A DNA stretch of 64,000 nucleotides from Eledone cirrhosa (taxonomy: Eukaryota), in assembly GCA_964016885.1 (NCBI GenBank), contig OZ024758.1, positions 36,456,001 through 36,520,000 on the forward strand. Direction: 5' to 3'. The notes beneath the pieces were generated by a model, which worked only from the letters and a program-made list of their open reading frames with translations, was not told where the DNA came from and did not search any database. Both the position numbers and the translations under genes were made by a program. This document shows positions 25,501-39,600 of this stretch, one piece after another; positions within the stretch are counted from its first letter, which is position 1, and every line of letters starts with the position of its first letter.

Positions 25501-26640
25501 CAGAAGTAACTCCACTGTTGGTGAGTATTCATTTAAGTCATGGTATTAGCTGTCAGAAGTAACTCCACTGTTGGTGAGAATTCATTTAAGTTCATGGTAT
25601 TAGTTGTCAGAAGTAACTCCACTGTTGGTGAGAATTCATTTAAGTTCATGGTATTAGCTGTCAGAAGTAACTCCACTGTTGGTGAGAATTCATTTAAGTT
25701 CATGGTATTAGTTTGTCAGAAGTAACTCCACTGTTGGTGAGAATTCATTTAAGTCATGGTATTAGTTGTCAGAAGGAACTCCAATGTTGGTGAGAATTCA
25801 TTTAAGTCATGGTACTAGCTATCCGAAGTAACTCCACTGTTGGTGAGAATTCATTTAAGTTCATGGTATTAGCTGTCAGAAGGAACGCCACTGTTGGTGA
25901 GAATTCATTTAAGTTCATGGTATTAGCTGTCAGAAGTAACTCCACCGTTGGTGAGAATTCATTTAAGTTCATGGTACTAGCTGTCAGAAGTAACTCCAAT
26001 GTTGGTGAGAATTCATTTAAGTTCATGGTATTAGCTGTCAGAAGTAACTCCACTGTTGGTGAGAATTCATTTAAGTCATGGTATTAGCTGTCAGAAGTAA
26101 CTCCACTGTTGGTGAGAATTCATTTAAGTTCATGGTATTAGCTGTCAGAAGTAACTCCACTGTTGGTGAGAATTCATTTAAGTTCATGGTACTAGCTGTC
26201 AGAAGTAACTACAATGTTGGTGAGAATTCATTTCAGTTCATGGTATTAGCTGTCAGAAGTAACTCCACTGTTGGTGAGAATTCATTTAAGTCATGGTATT
26301 AGCTGTCAGAAGTAACTCCACTGTTGGTGAGAATTCATTTAAGTTCATGGTATTAGCTGTCAGAAGTAACTCCACTGTTGGTGAGAATTCATTTAAGTTC
26401 ATGGTATTAGCTGTCAGAAGTCACTCCAGTGTTGGTGAGAATTCATTTAAGTTCATGGTATTAGCTGTCAGAAGTAACTCCACTGTTGGTGAGAATTCAT
26501 TTAAGTTCATGGTATTAGCTGTCAGAAGTAACTCCACTGTTGGTGAGAATTCATTTACGTTCATGGTATTAGTTTGTCAGAAGTAACTCCACTGTTGGTG
26601 AGAATTCATTTAAGTCATGGTATTAGTTGTCAGAAGTAAC
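22310..26640 (+). repeat. Tandem duplication, 2045-bp unit (38 monomers)
   Basis: ATGGCACTAG at 23388 and 25433. ORFs 22687/24732, 23280/25325, 23764/25809, 24033/26078 and 24248/26293 are all offset by 2045. Confidence 0.92.
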
Positions 26641-29600
26641 TCCACTGTTGGTGAGAATTCATTTAAGTTCATGGTACTAGCTGTCAGAAGTAACTCCAAT
26701 GTTGGTGAGAATTCATTTCAGTTCATGGTATTAGCTGTCAGAAGTAACTCCACTGTTGGTGAGAATTCATTTAAGTCATGGTATTAGCTGTCAGAAGTAA
26801 CTCCACTGTTGGTGAGAATTCATTTAAGTTCATGGTATTAGCTGTCAGAAGTAACTCCACTGTTGGTGAGAATTCATTTAAGTTCATGGTATTAGCTGTC
26901 AGAAGTCACTCCAGTGTTGGTGAGAATTCATTTAAGTTCATGGTATTAGCTGTCAGAAGTAACTCCACTGTTGGTGAGAATTCATTTAAGTTCATGGTAT
27001 TAGCTGTCAGAAGTAACTCCACTGTTGGTGAGAATTCATTTACGTTCATGGTATTAGTTTGTCAGAAGTAACTCCACTGTTGGTGAGAATTCATTTAAGT
27101 CATGGTATTAGTTGTCAGAAGTAACTCCAATGTTGGTGAGAATTCATTTAAGTTCATGGTAATAGCTGTCAGAAGTAACTCCACTGTTGGTGAGAATTCA
27201 TTTAAGTCAAGGTATTAGCTGTCAGAAGTAACTCCAATGTTGGTGAGAATTCATTTAAGTCATGGTACTAGCTGTCAGAAGTCACTCCACTGTTGGTGAG
27301 AATTCATTTAAGTTCATGGTACTAGCTGTCAGAAGTAACCCCAATGTTGGTGAGAATTCATTTAAGTTCATGGTATTAGCTGTCAGAAGTCACTCCAATG
27401 TTGGTGAGAATTCATTTAAGTTCATGGTATTAGCTGTCAGAAGTAACTCCACTGTTGGTGAGAATTCATTTAAGTTCATGGTATTAGCTGTCAGAAGGAA
27501 CGCCACTGTTGGTGAGAATTCATTTAAGCTCATGGTATTAGCTGTCAGAAGTAACTCCACTGTTGGTGAGAATTCATTTAAGTTCATGGTACTAGCTGTC
27601 AGAAGTAACTCCAACGTTGGTGAGAATTCATTTAAGTTCATGGTATTAGCTGTCAGAAGGAACTCCACTGTTGCTGAGAATTCATTTAAGTTCATGGTAT
27701 TAGCTGTCAGAAGTAACTCCACTGTTGGTGAGAATTCATTTAAGTTCATGGTACTAGCTGTCAGAAGTAACCCAATGTTGGTGAGAATTCATTTAAGTTC
27801 ATGGTATTAGCAGTCAGAAGTAACTCCACTGTTGGTGAGAATTCATTTAAGTCATGGTATTAGCTGTCAGAAGTAACTCCACTGTTGGTGAGAATTCATT
27901 TAAGTTCATGGTATTAGCTGTCAGAAGGAACTCCACTGTTGGTGAGAATTCATTTAAGTTCATGGTACTAGCTGTCAGAAGTAACTCCAATGTTGGTGAG
28001 AATTCATTTAAGTTCATGGTATTAGCTGTCAGAAGTAACTCCACTGTTGGTGAGTATTCATTTAAGTCATGGTATTAGCTGTCAGAAGTAACTCCACTGT
28101 TGGTGAGAATTCATTTAAGTTCATGGTATTAGTTGTCAGAAGTAACTCCACTGTTGGTGAGAATTCATTTAAGTTCATGGTATTAGCTGTCAGAAGTAAC
28201 TCCACTGTTGGTGAGAATTCATTTAAGTTCATGGTATTAGTTTGTCAGAAGTAACTCCACTGTTGGTGAGAATTCATTTAAGTCATGGTATTAGTTGTCA
28301 GAAGGAACTCCAATGTTGGTGAGAATTCATTTAAGTCATGGTACTAGCTATCCGAAGTAACTCCACTGTTGGTGAGAATTCATTTAAGTTCATGGTATTA
28401 GCTGTCAGAAGGAACGCCACTGTTGGTGAGAATTCATTTAAGTTCATGGTATTAGCTGTCAGAAGTAACTCCACTGTTGGTGAGAATTCATTTAAGTTCA
28501 TGGTACTAGCTGTCAGAAGTAACTCCAATGTTGGTGAGAATTCATTTAAGTTCATGGTATTAGCTGTCAGAAGGAACTCCACTGTTGGTGAGAATTCATT
28601 TAAGTTCATGGTATTAGCTGTCAGAAGTAACTCCACTGTTGGTGAGAATTCATTTAAGTCATGGTATTAGCTGTCAGAAGTAACTCCATTGTTGGTGAGA
28701 ATTCATTTAAGTCATGGTACTAGCTGTCAGAAGTAACTCCAATGTTGGTGAGAATTCATTTAAGTCATGGTACTAGCTGTCAGAAGTAACTCCAATGTTG
28801 GTGAGAATTCATTTAAGTTCATGTTATTAGCTGTCAGAAGGAACTCCACTGTTGGTGAGAATTCATTTAAGTTCATGGTATTAGCTGTCAGAAGTAACTC
28901 TACTGTTGGTGAGAATTCATTTAAGTTCATGGTATTAGCTGTCAGAAGTAACTCCACCGTTGGTGAGAATTCATTTAAGTTCATGGTACTAGCTGTCAGA
29001 AGTAACTCCAATGTTGGTGAGAATTCATTTAAGTTCATGGTATTAGCTGTCAGAAGTAACTCCACTGTTGGTGAGAATTCATTTAAGTCATGGTATTAGC
29101 TGTCAGAAGTAACTCCACTGTTGGTGAGAATTCATTTAAGTTCATGGTATTAGCTGTCAGAAGTAACTCCACTGTTGGTGAGAATTCATTTAAGTTCATG
29201 GTACTAGCTGTCAGAAGTAACTCCAATGTTGGTGAGAATTCATTTAAGTTCATGGTATTAGCTGTCAGAAGTAACTCCACTGTTGGTGAGAATTCATTTA
29301 AGTCATGGTATTAGCTGTCAGAAGTAACTCCACTGTTGGTGAGAATTCATTTAAGTTCATGGTATTAGCTGTCAGAAGTAACTCCACTGTTGGTGAGAAT
29401 TCATTTAAGTTCATGGTATTAGCTGTCAGAAGTAACTCCACTGTTGGTGAGAATTCATTTAATTTCATGGTATTAGCTGTCAGAAGTAACTCCACTGTTG
29501 GTGAGAATTCATTTAAGTTCATGGTACTAGCTGTCAGAAGTAACTCCAATGTTGGTGAGAATTCATTTAAGTCATGGTACTAGCTGTCAGAAGTAACTCC

Positions 29601-32600
29601 AATGTTGGTGAGAATTCATTTAAATTCATGTTATTAGCTGTCAGAAGGAACTCCACTGTTGGTGAGAATTCATTTAAGTTCATGGTATTAGCTGTCAGAA
29701 GTAACTCTACTGTTGGTGAGAATTCATTTAAGTTCATGGTATTAGCTGTCAGAAGTAACTCCACCGTTGGTGAGAATTCATTTAAGTTCATGGTACTAGC
29801 TGTCAGAAGTAACTCCAATGTTGGTGAGAATTCATTTAAGTTCATGGTATTAGCTGTCAGAAGTAACTCCACTGTTGGTGAGAATTCATTTAAGTCATGG
29901 TATTAGCTGTCAGAAGTAACTCCATTGTTGGTGAGAATTCATTTAAGTCATGGTACTAGCTGTCAGAAGTAACTCCAATGTTGGTGAGAATTCATTTAAG
30001 TCATGGTACTAGCTGTCAGAAGTAACTCCAATGTTGGTGAGAATTCATTTAAGTTCATGTTATTAGCTGTCAGAAGGAACTCCACTGTTGGTAAGAATTC
30101 ATTTAAGTTCATGGTATTAGCTGTCAGAAGTAACTCCACTGTTGGTGAGAATTCATTTAAGTTCATGGTATTAGCTGTCAGAAGTAACTCCACCGTTGGT
30201 GAGAATTCATTTAAGTTCATGGTACTAGCTGTCAGAAGTAACTCCAATGTTGGTGAGAATTCATTTAAGTTCATGGTATTAGCTGTCAGAAGTAACTCCA
30301 CTGTTGGTGAGAATTCATTTAAGTCATGGTATTAGCTGTCAGAAGTAACTCCACTGTTGGTGAGAATTCATTTAAGTTCATGGTATTAGCTGTCAGAAGT
30401 AACTCCACTGTTGGTGAGAATTCATTTAAGTTCATGGTACTAGCTGTCAGAAGTAACTACAATGTTGGTGAGAATTCATTTCAGTTCATGGTATTAGCTG
30501 TCAGAAGTAACTCCACTGTTGGTGAGAATTCATTTAAGTCATGGTATTAGCTGTCAGAAGTAACTCCACTGTTGGTGAGAATTCATTTAAGTTCATGGTA
30601 TTAGCTGTCAGAAGTAACTCCACTGTTGGTGAGAATTCATTTAAGTTCATGGTATTAGCTGTCAGAAGTCACTCCAGTGTTGGTGAGAATTCATTTAAGT
30701 TCATGGTATTAGCTGTCAGAAGTAACTCCACTGTTGGTGAGAATTCATTTAAGTTCATGGTATTAGCTGTCAGAAGTAACTCCACTGTTGGTGAGAATTC
30801 ATTTACGTTCATGGTATTAGTTTGTCAGAAGTAACTCCACTGTTGGTGAGAATTCATTTAAGTCATGGTATTAGTTGTCAGAAGTAACTCCACTGTTGGT
30901 GAGAATTCATTTAAGTTCATGGTACTAGCTGTCAGAAGTAACTCCAATGTTGGTGAGAATTCATTTCAGTTCATGGTATTAGCTGTCAGAAGTAACTCCA
31001 CTGTTGGTGAGAATTCATTTAAGTCATGGTATTAGCTGTCAGAAGTAACTCCACTGTTGGTGAGAATTCATTTAAGTTCATGGTATTAGCTGTCAGAAGT
31101 AACTCCACTGTTGGTGAGAATTCATTTAAGTTCATGGTATTAGCTGTCAGAAGTCACTCCAGTGTTGGTGAGAATTCATTTAAGTTCATGGTATTAGCTG
31201 TCAGAAGTAACTCCACTGTTGGTGAGAATTCATTTAAGTTCATGGTATTAGCTGTCAGAAGTAACTCCACTGTTGGTGAGAATTCATTTACGTTCATGGT
31301 ATTAGTTTGTCAGAAGTAACTCCACTGTTGGTGAGAATTCATTTAAGTCATGGTATTAGTTGTCAGAAGTAACTCCAATGTTGGTGAGAATTCATTTAAG
31401 TTCATGGTAATAGCTGTCAGAAGTAACTCCACTGTTGGTGAGAATTCATTTAAGTCAAGGTATTAGCTGTCAGAAGTAACTCCAATGTTGGTGAGAATTC
31501 ATTTAAGTCATGGTACTAGCTGTCAGAAGTCACTCCACTGTTGGTGAGAATTCATTTAAGTTCATGGTACTAGCTGTCAGAAGTAACCCCAATGTTGGTG
31601 AGAATTCATTTAAGTTCATGGTATTAGCTGTCAGAAGTCACTCCAATGTTGGTGAGAATTCATTTAAGTTCATGGTATTAGCTGTCAGAAGTAACTCCAC
31701 TGTTGGTGAGAATTCATTTAAGTTCATGGTATTAGCTGTCAGAAGGAACGCCACTGTTGGTGAGAATTCATTTAAGCTCATGGTATTAGCTGTCAGAAGT
31801 AACTCCACTGTTGGTGAGAATTCATTTAAGTTCATGGTACTAGCTGTCAGAAGTAACTCCAACGTTGGTGAGAATTCATTTAAGTTCATGGTATTAGCTG
31901 TCAGAAGGAACTCCACTGTTGCTGAGAATTCATTTAAGTTCATGGTATTAGCTGTCAGAAGTAACTCCACTGTTGGTGAGAATTCATTTAAGTTCATGGT
32001 ACTAGCTGTCAGAAGTAACCCCAATGTTGGTGAGAATTCATTTAAGTTCATGGTATTAGCTGTCAGAAGTAACTCCACTGTTGGTGAGAATTCATTTAAG
32101 TCATGGTATTAGCTGTCAGAAGTAACTCCACTGTTGGTGAGAATTCATTTAAGTTCATGGTATTAGCTGTCAGAAGGAACTCCACTGTTGGTGAGAATTC
32201 ATTTAAGTTCATGGCACTAGCTGTCAGAAGTAACTCCAATGTTGGTGAGAATTCATTTAATTTCATGGTATTAGCTGTCAGAAGTAACTCCACTGTTGGT
32301 GAGTATTCATTTAAGTCATGGTATTAGCTGTCAGAAGTAACTCCACTGTTGGTGAGAATTCATTTAAGTTCATGGTATTAGTTGTCAGAAGTAACTCCAC
32401 TGTTGGTGAGAATTCATTTAAGTTCATGGTATTAGCTGTCAGAAGTAACTCCACTGTTGGTGAGAATTCATTTAAGTTCATGGTATTAGTTTGTCAGAAG
32501 TAACTCCACTGTTGGTGAGAATTCATTTAAGTCATGGTATTAGTTGTCAGAAGGAACTCCAATGTTGGTGAGAATTCATTTAAGTCATGGTACTAGCTAT

Positions 32601-33650
32601 CCGAAGTAACTCCACTGTTGGTGAGAATTCATTTAAGTTCATGGTATTAGCTGTCAGAAGGAACGCCACTGTTGGTGAGAATTCATTTAAGTTCATGGTA
32701 TTAGCTGTCAGAAGTAACTCCACTGTTGGTGAGAATTCATTTAAGTTCATGGTACTAGCTGTCAGAAGTAACTCCAATGTTGGTGAGAATTCATTTAAGT
32801 TCATGGTATTAGCTGTCAGAAGGAACTCCACTGTTGGTGAGAATTCATTTAAGTTCATGGTATTAGCTGTCAGAAGTAACTCCACTGTTGGTGAGAATTC
32901 ATTTAAGTCATGGTATTAGCTGTCAGAAGTAACTCCATTGTTGGTGAGAATTCATTTAAGTCATGGTACTAGCTGTCAGAAGTAACTCCAATGTTGGTGA
33001 GAATTCATTTAAGTCATGGTACTAGCTGTCAGAAGTAACTCCAATGTTGGTGAGAATTCATTTAAGTTCATGTTATTAGCTGTCAGAAGGAACTCCACTG
33101 TTGGTGAGAATTCATTTAAGTTCATGGTATTAGCTGTCAGAAGTAACTCTACTGTTGGTGAGAATTCATTTAAGTTCATGGTATTAGCTGTCAGAAGTAA
33201 CTCCACCGTTGGTGAGAATTCATTTAAGTTCATGGTACTAGCTGTCAGAAGTAACTCCAATGTTGGTGAGAATTCATTTAAGTTCATGGTATTAGCTGTC
33301 AGAAGTAACTCCACTGTTGGTGAGAATTCATTTAAGTCATGGTATTAGCTGTCAGAAGTAACTCCACTGTTGGTGAGAATTCATTTAAGTTCATGGTATT
33401 AGCTGTCAGAAGTAACTCCACTGTTGGTGAGAATTCATTTAAGTTCATGGTACTAGCTGTCAGAAGTAACTCCAATGTTGGTGAGAATTCATTTAAGTTC
33501 ATGGTATTAGCTGTCAGAAGTAACTCCACTGTTGGTGAGAATTCATTTAAGTCATGGTATTAGCTGTCAGAAGTAACTCCACTGTTGGTGAGAATTCATT
33601 TAAGTTCATGGTATTAGCTGTCAGAAGTAACTCCACTGTTGGTGAGAATT
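25930..33650 (+). repeat. 4248/4249-bp higher-order unit (79 monomers), about two copies
   Basis: ORFs 26078/30326, 26778/31026 and 27262/31510 are offset by 4248. ORFs 27854/32103, 28338/32587 and 29090/33339 are offset by 4249 (1-bp deletion at ~27771). The same 4249 period appears at 16339/20588 and 17091/21340. Confidence 0.88.
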
Positions 33651-36600
33651 CATTTAAGTTCATGGTAATAGCTGTCAGAAGTAACTCCACTGTTGGTGAG
33701 AATTCATTTAAGTCATGTTATTAGCTGTCAGAAGTAACTCCAATGTTGGTGAGAATTCATTTAAGTCATGGTACTAGCTGTCAGAAGTAACTCCAATGTT
33801 GGTGAGAATTCATTTAAGTTCATGGTATTAGCTGTCAGAAGTAACTCCACTGTTGGTGAGAATTCATTTAAGTTCATGGTATTAGCTGTCAGAAGTAACT
33901 CCACTGTTGGTGAGAATTCATTTAAGTCATGGTATTAGCTGTCAGAAGTAACTCCACTGTTGGTGAGAATTCATTTAAGTTCATGGTATTAGCTGTCAGA
34001 AGGAACGCCACTGTTGGTGAGAATTCATTTAAGTTCATGGTATTAGCTGTCAGAAGTAACTCCACTGTTGGTGAGAATTCATTTTAGTTCATGATATTAG
34101 CTGTCAGAAGTAACTCCACTGTTGGTGAGAATTCATTTAAGTTCATAGTACTAGCTGTCAGAAGTAACTCCATTGTTGGTGAGAATTCATTTAAGTTCAT
34201 GGTATTAGCTGTCAGAAGTCACTCCAATGTTGGTGAGAATTCATTTAAGTTCATGGTATTAGCTGTCAGAAGTCACTCCACTGTTGGTGAGAATTCATTT
34301 AAGTTCATGGTACTAGCTGTCAGAAGTAACCCCAATGTTGGTGAGAATTCATTTAAGTTCATGGTATTAGCTGTCAGAAGTCACTCCAATGTTGGTGAGA
34401 ATTCATTTAAGTTCATGGTATTAGCTGTCAGAAGTAACTCCACTGTTGGTGAGAATTCATTTAAGTTCATGGTATTAGCTGTCAGAAGGAACTCCACTGT
34501 TGGTGAGAATTCATTTAAGTTCATGGTACTAGCTGTCAGAAGTAACTCCACTGTTGGTGAGAATTCATTTAAGTTCATGGTATTAGTTTGTCAGAAGTAA
34601 CTCCACTGTTGGTGAGAATTCATTTAAGTTCATGGTATTAGCTGTCAGAAGTAACTCCACTGTTGGTGAGAATTCATTTAAGTTCATGGTACTAGCTGTC
34701 AGAAGTAACTCCACTGTTGGTGAGAATTCATTTAAGTTCATGGTATTAGTTTGTCAGAAGTAACTCCACTGTTGGTGAGAATTCATTTAAGTCATGGTAT
34801 TAGTTGTCAGAAGTAACTCCAATGTTGGTGAGAATTCATTTAAGTTCATGGTATTAGCTGTCAGAAGGAACTCCACTGTTGGTGAGAATTCATTTAAGTT
34901 CATGGTATTAGCTGTCAGAAGGAACTCCAATGTTGGTGAGAATTCATTTAAGTCATGGTACTAGCTGTCAGAAGTAACTCCACTGTTGGTGAGAATTCAT
35001 TTAAGTTCATGGTATTAGCTGTCAGAAGGAACTCCACTGTTGGTGAGAATTCATTTAAGTTCATGGTATTAGCTGTCAGAAGGAACGCCACTGTTGGTGA
35101 GAATTCATTTAAGTTCATGGTATTAGCTGTCAGAAGTAACTCCACTGTTGGTGAGAATTCATTTAAGTTCATGGTACTAGCTGTCAGAAGTAACTCCAAT
35201 GTTGGTGAGAATTCATTTAAGTTCATGGTATTAGCTGTCAGAAGTAACTCCACTGTTGGTGAGAATTCATTTAAGTCATGGTATTAGCTGTCAGAAGTAA
35301 CTCCACTGTTGGTGAGAATTCATTTAAGTTCATGGTATTAGCTGTCAGAAGGAACTCCACTGTTGGTGAGAATTCATTTAAGTTCATGGTACTAGCTGTC
35401 AGAAGTAACTCCAATGTTGGTGAGAATTCATTTAAGTTCATGGTATTAGCTGCCAGAAGTAACTCCACTGTTGGTGAGTATTCATTTACGTTCATGGTAT
35501 TAGTTTGTCAGAAGTAACTCCACTGTTGGTGAGAATTCATTTAAGTCATGGTATTAGTTGTCAGAAGTAACTCCAATGTTGGTGAGAATTCATTTAAGTT
35601 CATGGTAATAGCTGTCAGAAGTAACTCCACTGTTGGTGAGAATTCATTTAAGTCATGGTATTAGCTGTCAGAAGTAACTCCAATGTTGGTGAGAATTCAT
35701 TTAAGTCATGGTACTAGCTGTCAGAAGTCACTCCACTGTTGGTGAGAATTCATTTAAGTTCATGGTACTAGCTGTCAGAAGTAACCCCAATGTTGGTGAG
35801 AATTCATTTAAGTTCATGGTATTAGCTGTCAGAAGTCACTCCAATGTTGGTGAGAATTCATTTAAGTTCATGGTATTAGCTGTCAGAAGTAACTCCACTG
35901 TTGGTAAGAATTCATTTAAGTTCATGGTATTAGCTGTCAGAAGTAACTCCACTGTTGGTGAGAATTCATTTAAGTTCATGGTATTAGCTGTCAGAAGGAA
36001 CGCCACTGTTGGTGAGAATTCATTTAAGTTCATGGTATTAGCTGTCAGAAGTAACTCCACTGTTGGTGAGAATTCATTTAAGTTCATGGTACTAGCTGTC
36101 AGAAGTAACTCCAATGTTGGTGAGAATTCATTTAAGTTCATGGTATTAGCTGTCAGAAGGAACTCCACTGTTGCTGAGAATTCATTTAAGTTCATGGTAT
36201 TAGCTGTCAGAAGTAACTCCACTGTTGGTGAGAATTCATTTAAGTTCATGGTACTAGCTGTCAGAAGTAACTCCACTGTTGGTGAGAATTCATTTAAGTT
36301 CATGGTATTAGCTGTCAGAAGTCACTCCAATGTTGGTGAGAATTCATTTAAGTTCATGGTATTAGCTGTCAGAAGTCACTCCACTGTTGGTGAGAATTCA
36401 TTTAAGTTCATGGTACTAGCTGTCAGAAGTAACCCCGATGTTGGTGAGAATTCATTTAAGTCATGGTATTAGCTGTCAGAAGTAACTCCACTGTTGGTGA
36501 GAATTCATTTAAGTTCATGGTATTAGCTGTCAGAAGTAACTCCACTGTTGGTGAGAATTCATTTAAGTTCATGGTATTAGTTTGTCAGAAGTAACTCCAC

Positions 36601-39600
36601 TGTTGGTGAGAATTCATTTAAGTCATGGTATTAGTTGTCAGAAGTAACTCCAATGTTGGTGAGAATTCATTTAAGTTCATGGTACTAGCTGTCAGAAGTA
36701 ACTCCACTGTTGGTGAGAATTCATTTAAGTTCATGGTAATAGCTGTCAGAAGTAACTCCACTGTTGGTGAGAATTCATTTAAGTCATGTTATTAGCTGTC
36801 AGAGGTAACTCCAATGTTGGTGAGAATTCATTTAAGTCATGGTACTAGCTGTCAGAAGTAACTCCAATGTTGGTGAGAATTCATTTAAGTTCATGGTATT
36901 AGCTGTAAGAAGTAACTCCACTGTTGGTGAGAATTCATTTAAGTTCATGGTATTAGCTGTCAGAAGTAACTCCACTGTTGGTGAGAATTCATTTAAGTCA
37001 TGGTATTAGCTGTCAGAAGTAACTCCACTGTTGGTGAGAATTCATTTAAGTTCATGGTATTAGCTGTCAGAAGGAACGCCACTGTTGGTGAGAATTCATT
37101 TAAGTTCATGGTATTAGCTGTCAGAAGTAACTCCACTGTTGGTGAGAATTCATTTAATTTCATGGTATTAGCTGTCAGAAGTAACTCCACTGTTGGTGAG
37201 AATTCATTTAAGTTCATGGTACTAGCTGTCAGAAGTAACTCCAATGTTGGTGAGAATTCATTTAAGTTCATGGTATTAGCTGTCAGAAGTAACTCCACTG
37301 TTGGTGAGAATTCATTTAAGTCATGGTATTAGCTGTCAGAAGTAACTCCACTGTTGGTGAGAATTCATTTAAGTTCATGGTATTAGCTGTCAGAAGGAAC
37401 TCCACTGTTGGTGAGAATTCATTTAAGTTCATGGTACTAGCTGTCAGAAGTAACTCCAATGTTGGTGAGAATTCATTTAAGTTCATGGTATTAGCTGTCA
37501 GAAGTAACTCCACTGTTGGTGAGTATTCATTTAAGTCATGGTATTAGCTGTCAGAAGTAACTCCACTGTTGGTGAGAATTCATTTAAGTTCATGGTATTA
37601 GCTGTCAGAGGTAACTCCACTGTTGGTGAGAATTCATTTAAGTTCATGGTATTAGCTGTCAGAAGTAACTCCACTGTTGGTGAGAATTCATTTACGTTCA
37701 TGGTATTAGTTTGTCAGAAGTAACTCCACTGTTGGTGAGAATTCATTTAAGTCATGGTATTAGTTGTCAGAAGTAACTCCAATGTTGGTGAGAATTCATT
37801 TAAGTTCATGGTAATAGCTGTCAGAAGTAACTCCACTGTTGGTGAGAATTCATTTAAGTCATGGTATTAGCTGTCAGAAGTAACTCCAATGTTGGTGAGA
37901 ATTCATTTAAGTCATGGTACTAGCTGTCAGAAGTCACTCCACTGTTGGTGAGAATTCATTTACGTTCATGGTACTAGCTGTCAGAAGTAACCCCAATGTT
38001 GGTGAGAATTCATTTAAGTTCATGGTATTAGCTGTCAGAAGTCACTCCACTGTTGGTGAGAATTCATTTAAGTTCATGGTATTAGCTGTCAGAAGTAACT
38101 CCACTGTTGGTAAGAATTCATTTAAGTTCATGGTATTAGCTGTCAGAAGTAACTCCACTGTTGGTGAGAATTCATTTAAGTTCATGGTATTAGCTGTCAG
38201 AAGGAACGCCACTGTTGGTGAGAATTCATTTAAGTTCATGGTATTAGCTGTCAGAAGTAACTCCACTGTTGGTGAGAATTAATTTAAGTTCATGGTACTA
38301 GCTGTCAGAAGTAACTCCAATGTTGGTGAGAATTCATTTAAGTTCATGGTATTAGCTGTCAGAAGGAACTCCACTGTTGCTGAGAATTCATTTAAGTTCA
38401 TGGTATTAGCTGTCAGAAGTAACTCCACTGTTGGTGAGAATTCATTTAAGTTCATGGTACTAGCTGTCAGAAGTAACTCCACTGTTGGTGAGAATTCATT
38501 TAAGTTCATGGTATTAGTTTGTCAGAAGTAACTCCACTGTTGGTGAGAATTCATTTAAGTCATGGTATTAGTTGTCAGAAGTAACTCCAATGTTGGTGAG
38601 AATTCATTTAAGTTCATGGTACTAGCTGTCAGAAGTAACTCCACTGTTGGTGAGAATTCATTTAAGTTCATGGTAATAGCTGTCAGAAGTAACTCCACTG
38701 TTGGTGAGAATTCATTTAAGTCATGTTATTAGCTGTCAGAAGTAACTCCAATGTTGGTGAGAATTCATTTAAGTCATGGTACTAGCTGTCAGAAGTAACT
38801 CCAATGTTGGTGAGAATTCATTTAAGTTCATGGTATTAGCTGTCAGAAGTAACTCCACTGTTGGTGAGAATTCATTTAAGTTCATGGTACTAGCTGTCAG
38901 AAGTAACTCCAATGTTGGTGAGAATTCATTTAAGTTCATGGTATTAGCTGTCAGAAGTAACTCCACTGTTGGTGAGAATTCATTTAAGTTCATGGTATAA
39001 GCTGTCAGAAGTAACTCCACTGTTGGTGAGAATTCATTTAAGTTCATGGTATTAGCTGTCAGAAGGAACTCCACTGTTGGTGAGAATTCATTTAAGTTCA
39101 TGGTACTAGCTGTCAGAAGTAACTCCAATGTTGGTGAGAATTCATTTAAGTTCATGGTATTAGCTGTCAGAAGTAACTCCACTGTTGGTGAGTATTCATT
39201 TAAGTCATGGTATTAGCTGTCAGAAGTAACTCCACTGTTGGTGAGAATTCATTTAAGTTCATGGTATTAGCTGTCAGAGGTAACTCCACTGTTGGTGAGA
39301 ATTCATTTAAGTTCATGGTATTAGCTGTCAGAAGTTACTCCACTGTTGGTGAGAATTCATTTACGTTCATGGTATTAGTTTGTCAGAAGTAACTCCACTG
39401 TTGGTGAGAATTCATTTAAGTCATGGTATTAGTTGTCAGAAGTAACTCCAATGTTGGTGAGAATTCATTTAAGTTCATGGTAATAGCTGTCAGAAGTAAC
39501 TCCACTGTTGGTGAGAATTCATTTAAGTCATGGTATTAGCTGTCAGAAGTAACTCCAATGTTGGTGAGAATTCATTTAAGTCATGGTACTAGCTGTCAGA

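Noticed and set aside
27765-27780. Unique 1-bp deletion AACCCAAT (versus AACCCCAAT) giving an odd ORF end
   Set aside because: It is a singleton in a homopolymer, so it may be a sequencing error or a private mutation. No wider significance.
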